DNA of 32,000 nt from the NCBI RefSeq assembly GCF_900232105.1, contig NZ_LT934425.1, forward strand, positions 360,001-392,000. The letters are read 5' to 3'. Within the stretch, counting starts at the first letter, position 1. Every line of letters begins with the position of its first letter. The position numbers and the translations under genes were made by a program. Below the pieces are notes generated by a model. That model saw nothing but the letters and a program-made list of their open reading frames with translations. It made no database searches and was not told where the DNA came from. Below, one piece after another: positions 8,307 to 17,242 of this stretch. Source of the DNA: Candidatus Kuenenia stuttgartensis. Lineage in GTDB: Bacteria; Planctomycetota; Brocadiia; Brocadiales; Brocadiaceae.

Positions 8307-8340
8307 TAAAAAAAGCAGGCTGAAAAGCCTGCTTTTTTTA
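8307..8340. terminator. Bidirectional rho-independent terminator shared by hup (+) and typA (-)
   Basis: aaaaaaa-agcaggct-gaaa-agcctgct-ttttttt: a perfect 8-bp stem flanked by an A-run and a T-run, between convergent genes. Confidence 0.85.
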
Positions 8341-8375
8341 ACAAAACATTATTTGCGTAACGAATCTTCGTATCT

Positions 8376-10226
8376 TTATGGAATTGCTACCTTTTCAGGG
8401 TTCTGTTGCCTGCGTGTGGTTCTCCTTTCATTCTCCGTAAGAAATTTTTTTCTTAATCGAAATGTTTTAGGAGTAATTTCAACCAGCTCATCGTCTTCAA
8501 TATATTCAAGTGCCATTTCTAGTGAAAATTCTCTGTGCGGAGACAACTTAACGCTTTTCTCTCCGGTAGCCTGTCGGATATTCGTAGCCTTCTTCTCCCT
8601 TATCACGTTAACCACAATATCATTCTGTTCACAATGCTCACCAACTATCATCCCTTCATACACTTCTTCACCGGGTTTAACAAACATTATTCCACGATCA
8701 TGTAAACCCTCCAAAGCGTATGCCGTGGCCTCACCAGCAGCCATAGAAACCAATACGCCCTGCGTCCTGTGCACTATATCTCCTTTGTAAGGTTCGTAAT
8801 CATAAAAATTATGATGCATAACCGCCTCGCCCCGCGTAGAACTCAACAAACGGTTTCTCAAACCGATTAATCCACGCGAAGGCGCCTTAAATTCAAAATG
8901 TGTATATTGTTTTTCCGTCTTCATGCTGACAATTTCACCCTTTCTAGCCCCCAGAAGAGAAATCGCCTGTCCCTCCATTTCTTTTGGCACATCTATAACC
9001 ACATACTCCATCGGTTCCATTCTCTTCCCGTCTATTTCCTTAAAAATTACTTTCGGTTTTGATACCTGCAATTCATATCCTTCCCTGCGCATGTTTTCGA
9101 TTAATATTGAGAGATGTAATAATCCCCTTCCTGAAATGCAAAAAGCATCTGGCGAAGCTGTTTCGTCCACCTTAAGGGCAACGTTTGCACGTAATTCCCT
9201 AAACAATCTCTCCCTCAAATTTCTGCTGGTAACAAATTTTCCGTCCTTACCACAAAACGGAGAATTATTAACGGAAAATACCATGGAAAGGGTCGGTTCA
9301 TCAATATGTATCAACGGCATTGCTTGTGGATTTTCAACAGAAGTAATCGTATCACTTATATCAATATTCTCAATTCCCGTTAATGCTATGATGTCTCCAG
9401 CCATTGCCAACAGCGTTTTTTCCCTTGATAACCCCACAAACGCAAACAGATCAGTAATTTTATGCAAGGATTGTTTTCCTGTCTTATCAATTCTAACAAC
9501 TTGCTGGCCGGTGGTAATTGTGCCGGAAAAAATCCTGCCAATTCCAATCCTGCCGACATAGTCATTATAATCAAGCGATGCTATCTGCATTTGCAATGGG
9601 AATTCAGCGTCATAACATGGTTTTGGAACAAATTGTATAATTGCATCAAGGAGTGGTCTGATATCGCTGCTTTCATCATCAAGCGATAATTTGGCATAGC
9701 CGTTTCGTCCGCTTGCATATACAATTTTAAAATCCAATTGTTCGTCGTTGGCATCAAGGTCCACAAAGAGATCAAACACTTCATTGATTACATCCTGACA
9801 ACGGGCGTCAGGACGGTCTATCTTGTTAATTACAACAAGAGGATTCAGGTTATAACCAAGGGCTTTTCGCAGTACAAACCTGGTCTGAGGCATGACCCCC
9901 TCTGCCGCATCAACCAGCAGCAACACACCATCCGCCATTTTGAGCACCCGCTCCACTTCTCCGCCAAAATCAGCATGTCCTGGCGTATCTATTATATTTA
10001 TTTTCACTCCTTCGTAATTAATAGCAGTATTTTTTGCCAGTATGGTTATACCACGCTCACGCTCAAGGTCATTCGAATCCATGATTCTTTCACTATGCTG
10101 AATCTGCTGATTCACCCTAAACGTACCGCTCTGCTTAAGCAATTGATCAACCAGAGTCGTTTTGCCGTGATCAACATGGGCGATAATAGCTACATTACGA
10201 ACATTATCTCTTACCGTTTTTGCCAT
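8376..10226 (-). CDS. typA: Translational GTPase TypA/BipA
   Basis: G1 [16 protein letters not shown]3 [17 protein letters not shown] and G4 [10 protein letters not shown], with EF-G-like domains downstream. The ORF is open to 10280, but the Met at 10226 is preceded by gaggaaaaga (SD) and gives the usual short N-terminus. Confidence 0.95.
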   Translation of the reverse strand: MAKTVRDNVRNVAIIAHVDHGKTTLVDQLLKQSGTFRVNQQIQHSERIMDSNDLERERGITILAKNTAINYEGVKINIIDTPGHADFGGEVERVLKMADGVLLLVDAAEGVMPQTRFVLRKALGYNLNPLVVINKIDRPDARCQDVINEVFDLFVDLDANDEQLDFKIVYASGRNGYAKLSLDDESSDIRPLLDAIIQFVPKPCYDAEFPLQMQIASLDYNDYVGRIGIGRIFSGTITTGQQVVRIDKTGKQSLHKITDLFAFVGLSREKTLLAMAGDIIALTGIENIDISDTITSVENPQAMPLIHIDEPTLSMVFSVNNSPFCGKDGKFVTSRNLRERLFRELRANVALKVDETASPDAFCISGRGLLHLSILIENMRREGYELQVSKPKVIFKEIDGKRMEPMEYVVIDVPKEMEGQAISLLGARKGEIVSMKTEKQYTHFEFKAPSRGLIGLRNRLLSSTRGEAVMHHNFYDYEPYKGDIVHRTQGVLVSMAAGEATAYALEGLHDRGIMFVKPGEEVYEGMIVGEHCEQNDIVVNVIREKKATNIRQATGEKSVKLSPHREFSLEMALEYIEDDELVEITPKTFRLRKKFLTENERRTTRRQQNPEKVAIP

Positions 10227-10282
10227 TCTTTTCCTCAAATTTCTTATGGAAACATTACAATGCTTCTCTTGTGAACTCAAAA

Positions 10283-10312
10283 TAAAAAAGCCGCTACGAA
10301 TAACGAAGCGGC
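10283..10312 (-). terminator. Terminator-like hairpin read on the minus strand
   Basis: The minus strand reads gccgcttcg-ttatt-cgtagcggc followed by ttttttatttt, with one central mismatch. It would end transcripts coming from the ligase-remnant side. Confidence 0.45.
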
Positions 10313-10365
10313 ATAGAATAAGATTAACTTTTTATTAAATATACACTATTCCAGATAGATTATTA

Positions 10366-10598
10366 CAGACAATATTTTTTCTGTCAATAAAAATAAACCA
10401 TCCTGAGGATTTAAGTCACACAGTCTTCCTCATTTTTAGGTTCGGGAAATGCGTTCTTAATTGGCAAGCATAGCATTAGCTATTCCCTGAATGACTGCTT
10501 AAAATATCCTTTCTTTTTCTGTTTCCCTCTAATTGAATAATAAGGAACAACACCCCGATAACCTGCCAAAGAAATAAGGATTCAGGGGTTTTCCAGAA
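10366..10598. repeat. 233-bp direct repeat, copy 1 (identical to 11552-11784)
   Basis: Compared base by base by eye, cagacaatattttttctgtcaataaaaataaacc...ggattcaggggttttccagaa is identical in both copies. The offset is 1186 nt. Confidence 0.9.
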
Positions 10599-10760
10599 TA
10601 TATATATATTGTATTGACCATACAAAAAAAAGATGATGAAGTTGGGACATAGTCATGCAATAGTGTTTCGAAACAATATTTTGTATGTTTTGAAAAAGAT
10701 GTCGATTTCAATAACCTGCCCTTCGTATTTATCCTTATATCGAATATTAGAATACACAAA
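10476..10760 (-). pseudogene. Decayed O-antigen ligase paralogue (internal deletion, out of frame)
   Basis: The 3' part is the perfect copy of the last 123 coding nt of the ligase gene. About 10607-10705 matches ligase nt about 12654-12750 with many mismatches (SKHTKYCFETLLHDYVP vs SKNTKYCFETLLHDYVP). The two pieces are joined by a tatatatat filler in a different frame. Confidence 0.75.
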
Positions 10761-10956
10761 GAACTTGAATTTATTATATTTATTCAATATAGTCTTTACT
10801 TACATCTGTTGCTCCCTGGTAATGAATGGAATTGGTGTTTCATTCATTTAATAAGGGTTTACAGCAGATCCACACTCTTCTTTCTTTTTACTCATAGATT
10901 TTACTGAAGAGCCATAAAGTTATACCACGTAAAATTACTTTCACGTAAGAAAACTA

Positions 10957-11289
10957 ATGAATTTGCCTAATGCAGATCAGGCACAAGTAGATCGTAAAAA
11001 AATTACGGAATACTTGTTGTGTACATCACATCCGGATGGGAGCAATAAAGCGGTCTTTTTATCTCAATTTGGTTTCACGCTGGAAAATTGGAGAATATTA
11101 GCAGAATCTTTGCGCAAACATGGGGCAACCTATAATGTGGTAAAAGTCGTTGAATCTGAATATGGCACACGTTATAGTGTCGATGGATTGTTAGAAACAC
11201 CGGATAGCCGCAATCCGTATATAAGGACTGTTTGGATAATAGAAAAAAAGTCTACAACACCAAGATTGATTACTGCACACCCAAAATAG
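10957..11289 (+). CDS. DUF6883-family protein (putative toxin-like half of a two-gene cassette)
   Basis: 110-aa ORF MNLPNADQAQVDRKKITEYLLCTSHPDGSNKAVFLSQFGF...IRTVWIIEKKSTTPRLITAHP. It matches my memory of the DUF6883 pattern (A-V---K---YLL---HP-G--KA-F...W-----------PRL-T--P). Confidence 0.75.
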   Translation: MNLPNADQAQVDRKKITEYLLCTSHPDGSNKAVFLSQFGFTLENWRILAESLRKHGATYNVVKVVESEYGTRYSVDGLLETPDSRNPYIRTVWIIEKKSTTPRLITAHPK

Positions 11290-11298
11290 GAGGAAACC

Positions 11299-11529
11299 AT
11301 GATAAAAGAGCATGACCGAATTGTTTTGTTGAAAGATTTACCGGAGGATGGTTTACAGGCTGGTGATGTCGGTACGGTTATTCACATTCATCGTCAAGGT
11401 GAAGCATTTGAAGTCGAATTTATGACACTTGACGGTGGAACAGTTGCTGTTACAACTTTGCTTTCATCTCAAATACGAGCAGTTAGTAAAAGGGACATAA
11501 CCCATGTTAGAGAGCTTGCTGTCTCTTGA
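11299..11529 (+). CDS. DUF4926-family small protein (partner of the DUF6883 gene)
   Basis: 76-aa ORF MIKEHDRIVLLKDLPEDGLQAGDVGTVIHIHRQGEAFEVEFMTLDGGTVAVTTL. The SD aggagg spans the upstream stop codon (aaaataggaggaaaccatg), with a 9-nt gap. Confidence 0.75.
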   Translation: MIKEHDRIVLLKDLPEDGLQAGDVGTVIHIHRQGEAFEVEFMTLDGGTVAVTTLLSSQIRAVSKRDITHVRELAVS

Positions 11530-11551
11530 TTAAAAAAGGATTTTACTGAAG

Positions 11552-11784
11552 CAGACAATATTTTTTCTGTCAATAAAAATAAACCATCCTGAGGATTTAA
11601 GTCACACAGTCTTCCTCATTTTTAGGTTCGGGAAATGCGTTCTTAATTGGCAAGCATAGCATTAGCTATTCCCTGAATGACTGCTTAAAATATCCTTTCT
11701 TTTTCTGTTTCCCTCTAATTGAATAATAAGGAACAACACCCCGATAACCTGCCAAAGAAATAAGGATTCAGGGGTTTTCCAGAA
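11552..11784. repeat. 233-bp direct repeat, copy 2 (3' UTR plus last 41 codons of the intact ligase gene)
   Basis: Identical to 10366-10598. It covers 11552-11661 (downstream of the stop) and 11662-11784 (coding). Confidence 0.9.
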
Positions 11785-12975
11785 AATATCAGTTAATCCG
11801 TGGGAAATCAGCGAAACAAGACCGGCTGAAACACCTACAAGCAGCATTTTTTCGAATCTATTTTCTGCAATTGATTTTATCGCTTTTATTGTTCTATAAA
11901 ATATTATGGTAAACATCCATAGGAAGATCGCTAATCCAAATATCCCCGTTTCCACCCACATATGCAGTATAATATTATGCGCATGCGAAAGACTTTCAAC
12001 CTTTTGCACTTTTTTCTTCTTAATAGTCTTCGCAGGAATATCCCCAAGAGATTTCTTTTCTTTTTCTCTAATCTCCTTTCTGTATGTTTCATATATATCC
12101 CTGAAGTTTCTTTTTCCTGGCCCGATCCCCAGCAACGGATGATCAAGAATAATCGCAATCGACGCCTTCCAGCACATCAACCTTTCTCCAAGAATCTTGT
12201 TCGACGAAAAGAATTTATCATATTGTGTGATGGTTTTGGCGTGCATGGAATATTTCGATGGCAAAAGCACAAACAATAAAGGACACATAGCAATTATCGC
12301 AATGAGCAAGTACTTTTTTTTCAACATGAACGCTATATAAATCACAGCAACCATATTTGCGAACCAGCTTGCCCTGCTCATCGTCAGAACTATTGCATAT
12401 CCGCTTACAAAAACAAGACATCCAAGCCAAAACCTAACAAATATGCTTCTGTAATAAAAAAACAGACAAATAGCAATCGGCAGGAACAATGAAATATATT
12501 TTGCAATCCTTGAGTGATACTTAAATGTAGCAATTAACCTGTCATCTCTTGCGGCAATTCCCGTATAATACCCATACAAACCATATGCACATACCAGCCC
12601 ACAGGTAATAAGCATTGCCTTTATTATGCGTTTCACTTGTTCAATACTGTGTATTGTATTGACCATACAAAAAAAGATGATGAAGTACGGGACATAGTCG
12701 TGCAGGAGTGTTTCGAAACAATACTTTGTATTTTTTGAAAAAATTGATGCTATTATCAGATAAATAAAAAATACCAGTATGGGTATGTTAAGCGCTGTTT
12801 TCTCAAAGATAATCCGTTTCTCAAGCACCATCTGATACGCCAGGCATCCAACCATGGTCACCAAACACATCATCTTAATGACATCAGCGCCGAAAGGAAA
12901 AAATGTTAAAATAAAAAAATACGTAATAAATGCATACTCTGATACCTGACTTATTTTACTATTTTTCGTATTCAT
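11662..12975 (-). CDS. O-antigen ligase / Wzy_C-family polytopic membrane protein
   Basis: About 10-12 hydrophobic segments. The large loop region has HAHNIILHMWVETGIFGL, typical of the O-antigen ligase family. The ORF is open to a TTG at 13044, but residues 1-23 (LEFFKKLKCNELL...) are encoded by the MITE. The ATG at 12975 (MNTKNSKISQ) is the likely start. Confidence 0.85.
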   Translation of the reverse strand: MNTKNSKISQVSEYAFITYFFILTFFPFGADVIKMMCLVTMVGCLAYQMVLEKRIIFEKTALNIPILVFFIYLIIASIFSKNTKYCFETLLHDYVPYFIIFFCMVNTIHSIEQVKRIIKAMLITCGLVCAYGLYGYYTGIAARDDRLIATFKYHSRIAKYISLFLPIAICLFFYYRSIFVRFWLGCLVFVSGYAIVLTMSRASWFANMVAVIYIAFMLKKKYLLIAIIAMCPLLFVLLPSKYSMHAKTITQYDKFFSSNKILGERLMCWKASIAIILDHPLLGIGPGKRNFRDIYETYRKEIREKEKKSLGDIPAKTIKKKKVQKVESLSHAHNIILHMWVETGIFGLAIFLWMFTIIFYRTIKAIKSIAENRFEKMLLVGVSAGLVSLISHGLTDIFWKTPESLFLWQVIGVLFLIIQLEGNRKRKDILSSHSGNS

Positions 12976-13011
12976 CAATAGTAGTTTTGCCCGCCTATTC
13001 CTTAATAATTC

Positions 13012-13148
13012 GTTACACTTTAGTTTTTTGAAAAATTCCAACAATCAAAAAGTAGGGGCGAAGCATTTGCTGTAAATGGTCATAAATACGTTAATACCCA
13101 AACGGGCAAATGCTTCGCCCCCTGCTTTTTCAAAAAACCAAAGTGTTA
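13012..13148. repeat. MITE-like palindromic element, TIR family A, core type 2
   Basis: gttacactttagttttttgaaaaattccaacaatc...gtaggggcgaagcatttgc-[loop]-gcaaatgcttcgcccc...tttttcaaaaaaccaaagtgtta. It sits inside the operon, between the GT2 stop (13158) and the ligase start. Confidence 0.85.
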
Positions 13149-13157
13149 AAATAATTC

Positions 13158-14114
13158 TTATTTACCTGGTTTTGCCGACCGTAATCCCATCCAATCAGGA
13201 CATAACAATACATGCCATTGAAAAAGCCTGCAATATATTGTCAACCGGTATCTCAACTTCCTGCTAAGAAACATAACAATGCCGTTCCCCGCGCTATTGA
13301 TGATTAAATTGAATAAAATCTTCATAACATACAATATTCTGAAGGTAACGTAAACATCACGGGAATAATTCTTTTTAAAAAAAAGATACAATGACCGGCA
13401 ATACTCAATTTGCGATTGCCACGGCGCTTTTCTCTTGCTCTCTCCCCCCAGATGAATCACCCTGGCGTCGGGGACATGCCACACTCTCCACCCTGCATTT
13501 TTCATGCGATAGCACCAGTCAGTCTCTTCAAGAAAGAAAAAATATCTCTCATCCAATGTACCGACTTTTTTTATTGCCTCATTCCTTACCATAATACATG
13601 CCCCTATAACTGATTCTATTTCGACGGGCTGCGTGATGACGCGTTTCTTACTCAGGTATTTATCAGGAAACAACCATCGCAAGAAACTTTTATTCAATAA
13701 CTCAGATGCCAGGGTTGGATAATTATCAAAACTGTTTTGTTTCATACCGTTTAGTTTTAATAGTTGAACACCGGCAATTCCCGCATCATTATGGGATTCC
13801 ATAAAAGCATGCAATATCCGCAACGTATTTTTTTCTAAAATCGCATCTGTATTAAGCAATACATAATATTTTGGGGAAATAGCCGTTATTGCCTGATTCA
13901 CCGCAGCGGCAAACCCCTTGTTTTCCCTGTTCTCTATAATATGCACTCCGGAATACCTGTTACGCACCGCCACAACACTGTCATCTTTCGATCCGTTATC
14001 CACGACACAAATTTTAATACTACAATCTGTATCAGATTCATAAACGGATGCAATGCATTTCAACAACAGGTCTTTTGTGTTCCAGTTGACAATAATAATA
14101 CACAGGTCATTCAT
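13158..14114 (-). CDS. Family 2 glycosyltransferase (rhamnosyl/galactosyl-transferase-like)
   Basis: 318-aa ORF with CIIIVNWNTKDLLLKCIASV, VVDNGSKDDS and LLNTDAIL. ATGA overlap with the upstream GT2 (14111-14114). Confidence 0.85.
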   Translation of the reverse strand: MNDLCIIIVNWNTKDLLLKCIASVYESDTDCSIKICVVDNGSKDDSVVAVRNRYSGVHIIENRENKGFAAAVNQAITAISPKYYVLLNTDAILEKNTLRILHAFMESHNDAGIAGVQLLKLNGMKQNSFDNYPTLASELLNKSFLRWLFPDKYLSKKRVITQPVEIESVIGACIMVRNEAIKKVGTLDERYFFFLEETDWCYRMKNAGWRVWHVPDARVIHLGGESKRKAPWQSQIEYCRSLYLFFKKNYSRDVYVTFRILYVMKILFNLIINSAGNGIVMFLSRKLRYRLTIYCRLFQWHVLLCPDWMGLRSAKPGK

Positions 14115-15004
14115 GAATGAAACAAGTAGTATCTCAAGGTTCTGATATTAATCGGATCCATTTTCAACGAAAGGCGAAAATTTTCCCTTGCCACAACTTT
14201 ATCGCCCATTCGCGTATAATGTCTGCCGATTTTAGCATAATGTGCGGCTAAACGTTTTTTATACATTTTTTCGTTAATGCCGTTCTCACTGTCTTTAAAC
14301 ATAGTATATATCTTATCAATGATCACTTTCTGATATTTCAGGACATTATTGCGGTTTTTACTTAGAGATTTGGCACTATGCCTGTATTTCACCAGCGGAA
14401 CGTCTATGCCAATCGCTTTGTAATAGAATGCGATTCTCAGCCACATGTCCCAATCCTGGCAATTTACCAGTCCAGAATCAAATAAAGCCGTTTTATTAAA
14501 CACCTCTTTACGAACCACAACGGAAGAACATATTATAAAATTTTGTTCAAAGAATAATTGAGTGAAGATATTGCCAGATGGCAATCTTCTCCTGATCTTT
14601 CCTTCCAGAAACTGGCTTTTTGAGTCTATATTTATATGTTTTGAATATACCATTCCAGCATCAGGATTTTTCATGAATTGGTCAATTGACATCTCCAGTT
14701 TCTCCGGCATCCAAATATCATCGGCATCAAGGAATGCGACATACTCTCCCTTCGCCGACTGAATGCCCAGATTTCTTGCCGTTGGAAGCCCTTCATTGCG
14801 CCCTAAATCAATATACTTTATCTTTTCCATATAAGGCTTCAATACCAGCTTCGTGTTGTCAGTAGAACCATCATCAATCACAACAACTTCATACGCATCG
14901 TATGTCTGTGCAAGAACTGATTCAATTGATTCCTGTAAATAAACCGCACAGTTATAGGTAGGCATAATAACAGAAACCAGAGGTTTTTTATTTGCCATAA
15001 GCAC
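14111..15004 (-). CDS. Family 2 glycosyltransferase
   Basis: 297-aa ORF with VSVIMPTYNCAVYLQESIESVLAQTY, VVVIDDGSTDNT and the FLDADD (DxD) motif. Confidence 0.9.
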   Translation of the reverse strand: MLMANKKPLVSVIMPTYNCAVYLQESIESVLAQTYDAYEVVVIDDGSTDNTKLVLKPYMEKIKYIDLGRNEGLPTARNLGIQSAKGEYVAFLDADDIWMPEKLEMSIDQFMKNPDAGMVYSKHINIDSKSQFLEGKIRRRLPSGNIFTQLFFEQNFIICSSVVVRKEVFNKTALFDSGLVNCQDWDMWLRIAFYYKAIGIDVPLVKYRHSAKSLSKNRNNVLKYQKVIIDKIYTMFKDSENGINEKMYKKRLAAHYAKIGRHYTRMGDKVVARENFRLSLKMDPINIRTLRYYLFHS

Positions 15005-15051
15005 AGATTACACTTTTTTTGTAATGCATAGAAAACTATCCTTCTTACTAT

Positions 15052-16146
15052 TTATGGCCTGGTGCTCTTTATACATTCTTCATATAATGCGTATATTTCG
15101 CCGCCAACATTCTCCAGATCATATTTACGCCCCTGAGCGGCAGAGCGTTTTGAAAATTCAAAAAGCATATCTTTTTGAGAAAATAAGGCAAGTAATCTTT
15201 CTGCAATTTCCTTTGGATCATCTCCCGCCACAAACCCATCAATACCGTCATGGACGATTTCCTCAACAAAATCTCTCTTTAGACAGATAGCAGGTTTCCC
15301 CAACACCTGACATTGCCTTAAAGCCCTCGCTGTTCCATCAGAACCGGCAACCGTATAAAACATTACGTCAAAGCAATGTACGGCGTCCCAGTAATCCAGT
15401 CTCTTGTACCCGCCGAAAATCACACTATCCTCTAATTTATTTTTCTTAACCGGCATTACCGCCAGTTTATTCAGATTAGGGCCCCTTCCCAGCAGTAAAA
15501 ACTTAATATTTTTACCGGATTCCTTTATTATTTTAACGACTTCAACAACCAGTTCAAATTTTCTGTGATGCTGCACTCTCATGACAAGGCCAACCACAAA
15601 ATCATCATCATTTAAACCAAATTCCGGCCTGATATTTTTTGGTTTTTTTGGTATTTGATGAATATCCAGCCACGGTTTTAAACAAACTACCTTCCTGAAA
15701 TCGTTCTGCAGCATATCTCTTAATTTAAGGCTAAATACCGTGAAAACATCCGCCTTTTTGCAAATTGTTTTTTTCAAAAAACCGGGCGGAGTAACATTGA
15801 AATCGGTAAATATTTTTACCGCCTTATGCGAACTCCCCAGGTGCACAGCAAGGTCTCTATCACGAAAGAAATGAATGATGTCAGGATCAAATTGTTGAAC
15901 AACCTGCTTTGCCACACGTCTGTTTCTCATCATTGCGCCAATCCCACCGCGCTTAGCAAGGGTTTGTACCGTTTTTACCCTGCCGGATTCCACATGAAAA
16001 ATCAAGCCTGTATCCGGAATTTTAGGCACACTCGTCAACAACATAACGTCGGCCTTTTTGCTCATATAATTACACAACTCAACAATAGGCTGCGAAGGCC
16101 CCGTCCACTTGTGATCAGAATACAGGTAGAGAATTTTCATAATCAA
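15052..16146 (-). CDS. GT-B fold glycosyltransferase (GT4 / Glycos_transf_1-like)
   Basis: 364-aa ORF. The N-terminus MKILYLYSDHKWTGPSQP and the C-terminal FVEEIVHDGIDGFVAGDDPKEIAERLL are typical of GT4 enzymes. Confidence 0.8.
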   Translation of the reverse strand: MIMKILYLYSDHKWTGPSQPIVELCNYMSKKADVMLLTSVPKIPDTGLIFHVESGRVKTVQTLAKRGGIGAMMRNRRVAKQVVQQFDPDIIHFFRDRDLAVHLGSSHKAVKIFTDFNVTPPGFLKKTICKKADVFTVFSLKLRDMLQNDFRKVVCLKPWLDIHQIPKKPKNIRPEFGLNDDDFVVGLVMRVQHHRKFELVVEVVKIIKESGKNIKFLLLGRGPNLNKLAVMPVKKNKLEDSVIFGGYKRLDYWDAVHCFDVMFYTVAGSDGTARALRQCQVLGKPAICLKRDFVEEIVHDGIDGFVAGDDPKEIAERLLALFSQKDMLFEFSKRSAAQGRKYDLENVGGEIYALYEECIKSTRP

Positions 16147-16207
16147 TGCTTTTGTGTATTTTAAATACCGTTATTTCGCAGTGGAAACTTTTCCACCCTC
16201 TATTACG

Positions 16208-17242
16208 TTAAACACCCCTGATAACATTTATAAATTTCGGCGCATTCGCCTGTAATGAATATCCGGCATCTAATGTCTTTCTCCCTGCCAGCCCCATACG
16301 CCTTCTCAGCGCCGCATCATCGGCCAGGCATTTTATCTTCTCTGCCCACTCATCAACACTTGAAGCAAACATGCCGCTCACGCCTTCCTCAACAATCTCA
16401 CTGTGAACTCCCACCGGTGAACATACTACGGGAACGCCCACTGCGAAATATTGAAGCAGCTTTGTAGCGCACTTGCCCCTTGTCCATTCATGATTCGGCA
16501 AAGGCGCCAAGCCTATATCAATGCCTTGTAAATCAGCATTTTCGTCTTCAATTGCCCATATCTTTTTGTGTACAGGCATTGTTTTGCAATCAATAAATTC
16601 GTTGCAAATAATCTTCAGTTCCAGCGATTTATTCTGTTCTGCCAACTTATCAAAAGCAGGCGTCAATTCCTGTATGAACGGAAGCGATGACTTGCTTCCG
16701 ATCCATCCTATGGTTATCTTTTCCTTCCTGGTATCATAATTCCTGACCGAATACTTGCCCGTATCTATTGCAGTAGGGATAATAGTTACGTTATTATTGT
16801 AAGGCAATGCCTTTGATTTCAGATACGAATTGCCTGCAATTACAGAATCGGCAAACCGCACCATTCTGGCAAATGTCCGCTGTCTTTTAAACGATCTTCG
16901 GCGTCCATCTACCGGGCTTTTGTACATCACCGCATCGTCAAAATCATATATTATTTTGATGCACTTTCTCTTCAGATACCAAAGTTGCCAATACCACAGC
17001 CTCTTTTTCTGGACATACAATACATCATAACCATTCATTTGAGAAAACAATTTCATCCATTGCCAGAACGAACCGGGGAAAAGTGATACTGTATATGCTA
17101 TATGTGCTTCATTTAAGTAGGGAAGATACTGCAACACCCTGTATCTGCTTGCAGGGTGTTCCCATTCCTGTATTAAAAAATAGACTCTTTTTGTTTCCAT
17201 AACTATGATAGCTACTTTAAGACCTTTGCCTGCGGCGGCCAT
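16208..17242 (-). CDS. GT-B fold glycosyltransferase (GT4-like)
   Basis: 344-aa ORF with C-terminal CSPVGVHSEIVEEGVSGMFASSVDEWAEKI. An alternative start METKRVYF at 17200 would remove the 31-nt overlap with the kinase gene. Confidence 0.8.
   Translation of the reverse strand: MAAAGKGLKVAIIVMETKRVYFLIQEWEHPASRYRVLQYLPYLNEAHIAYTVSLFPGSFWQWMKLFSQMNGYDVLYVQKKRLWYWQLWYLKRKCIKIIYDFDDAVMYKSPVDGRRRSFKRQRTFARMVRFADSVIAGNSYLKSKALPYNNNVTIIPTAIDTGKYSVRNYDTRKEKITIGWIGSKSSLPFIQELTPAFDKLAEQNKSLELKIICNEFIDCKTMPVHKKIWAIEDENADLQGIDIGLAPLPNHEWTRGKCATKLLQYFAVGVPVVCSPVGVHSEIVEEGVSGMFASSVDEWAEKIKCLADDAALRRRMGLAGRKTLDAGYSLQANAPKFINVIRGV

Noticed and set aside
8923-10274. Plus-strand ORFs of 212 aa and 178 aa inside typA
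   Set aside because: They are antisense to an unambiguous, motif-rich GTPase gene and have no domain signatures.
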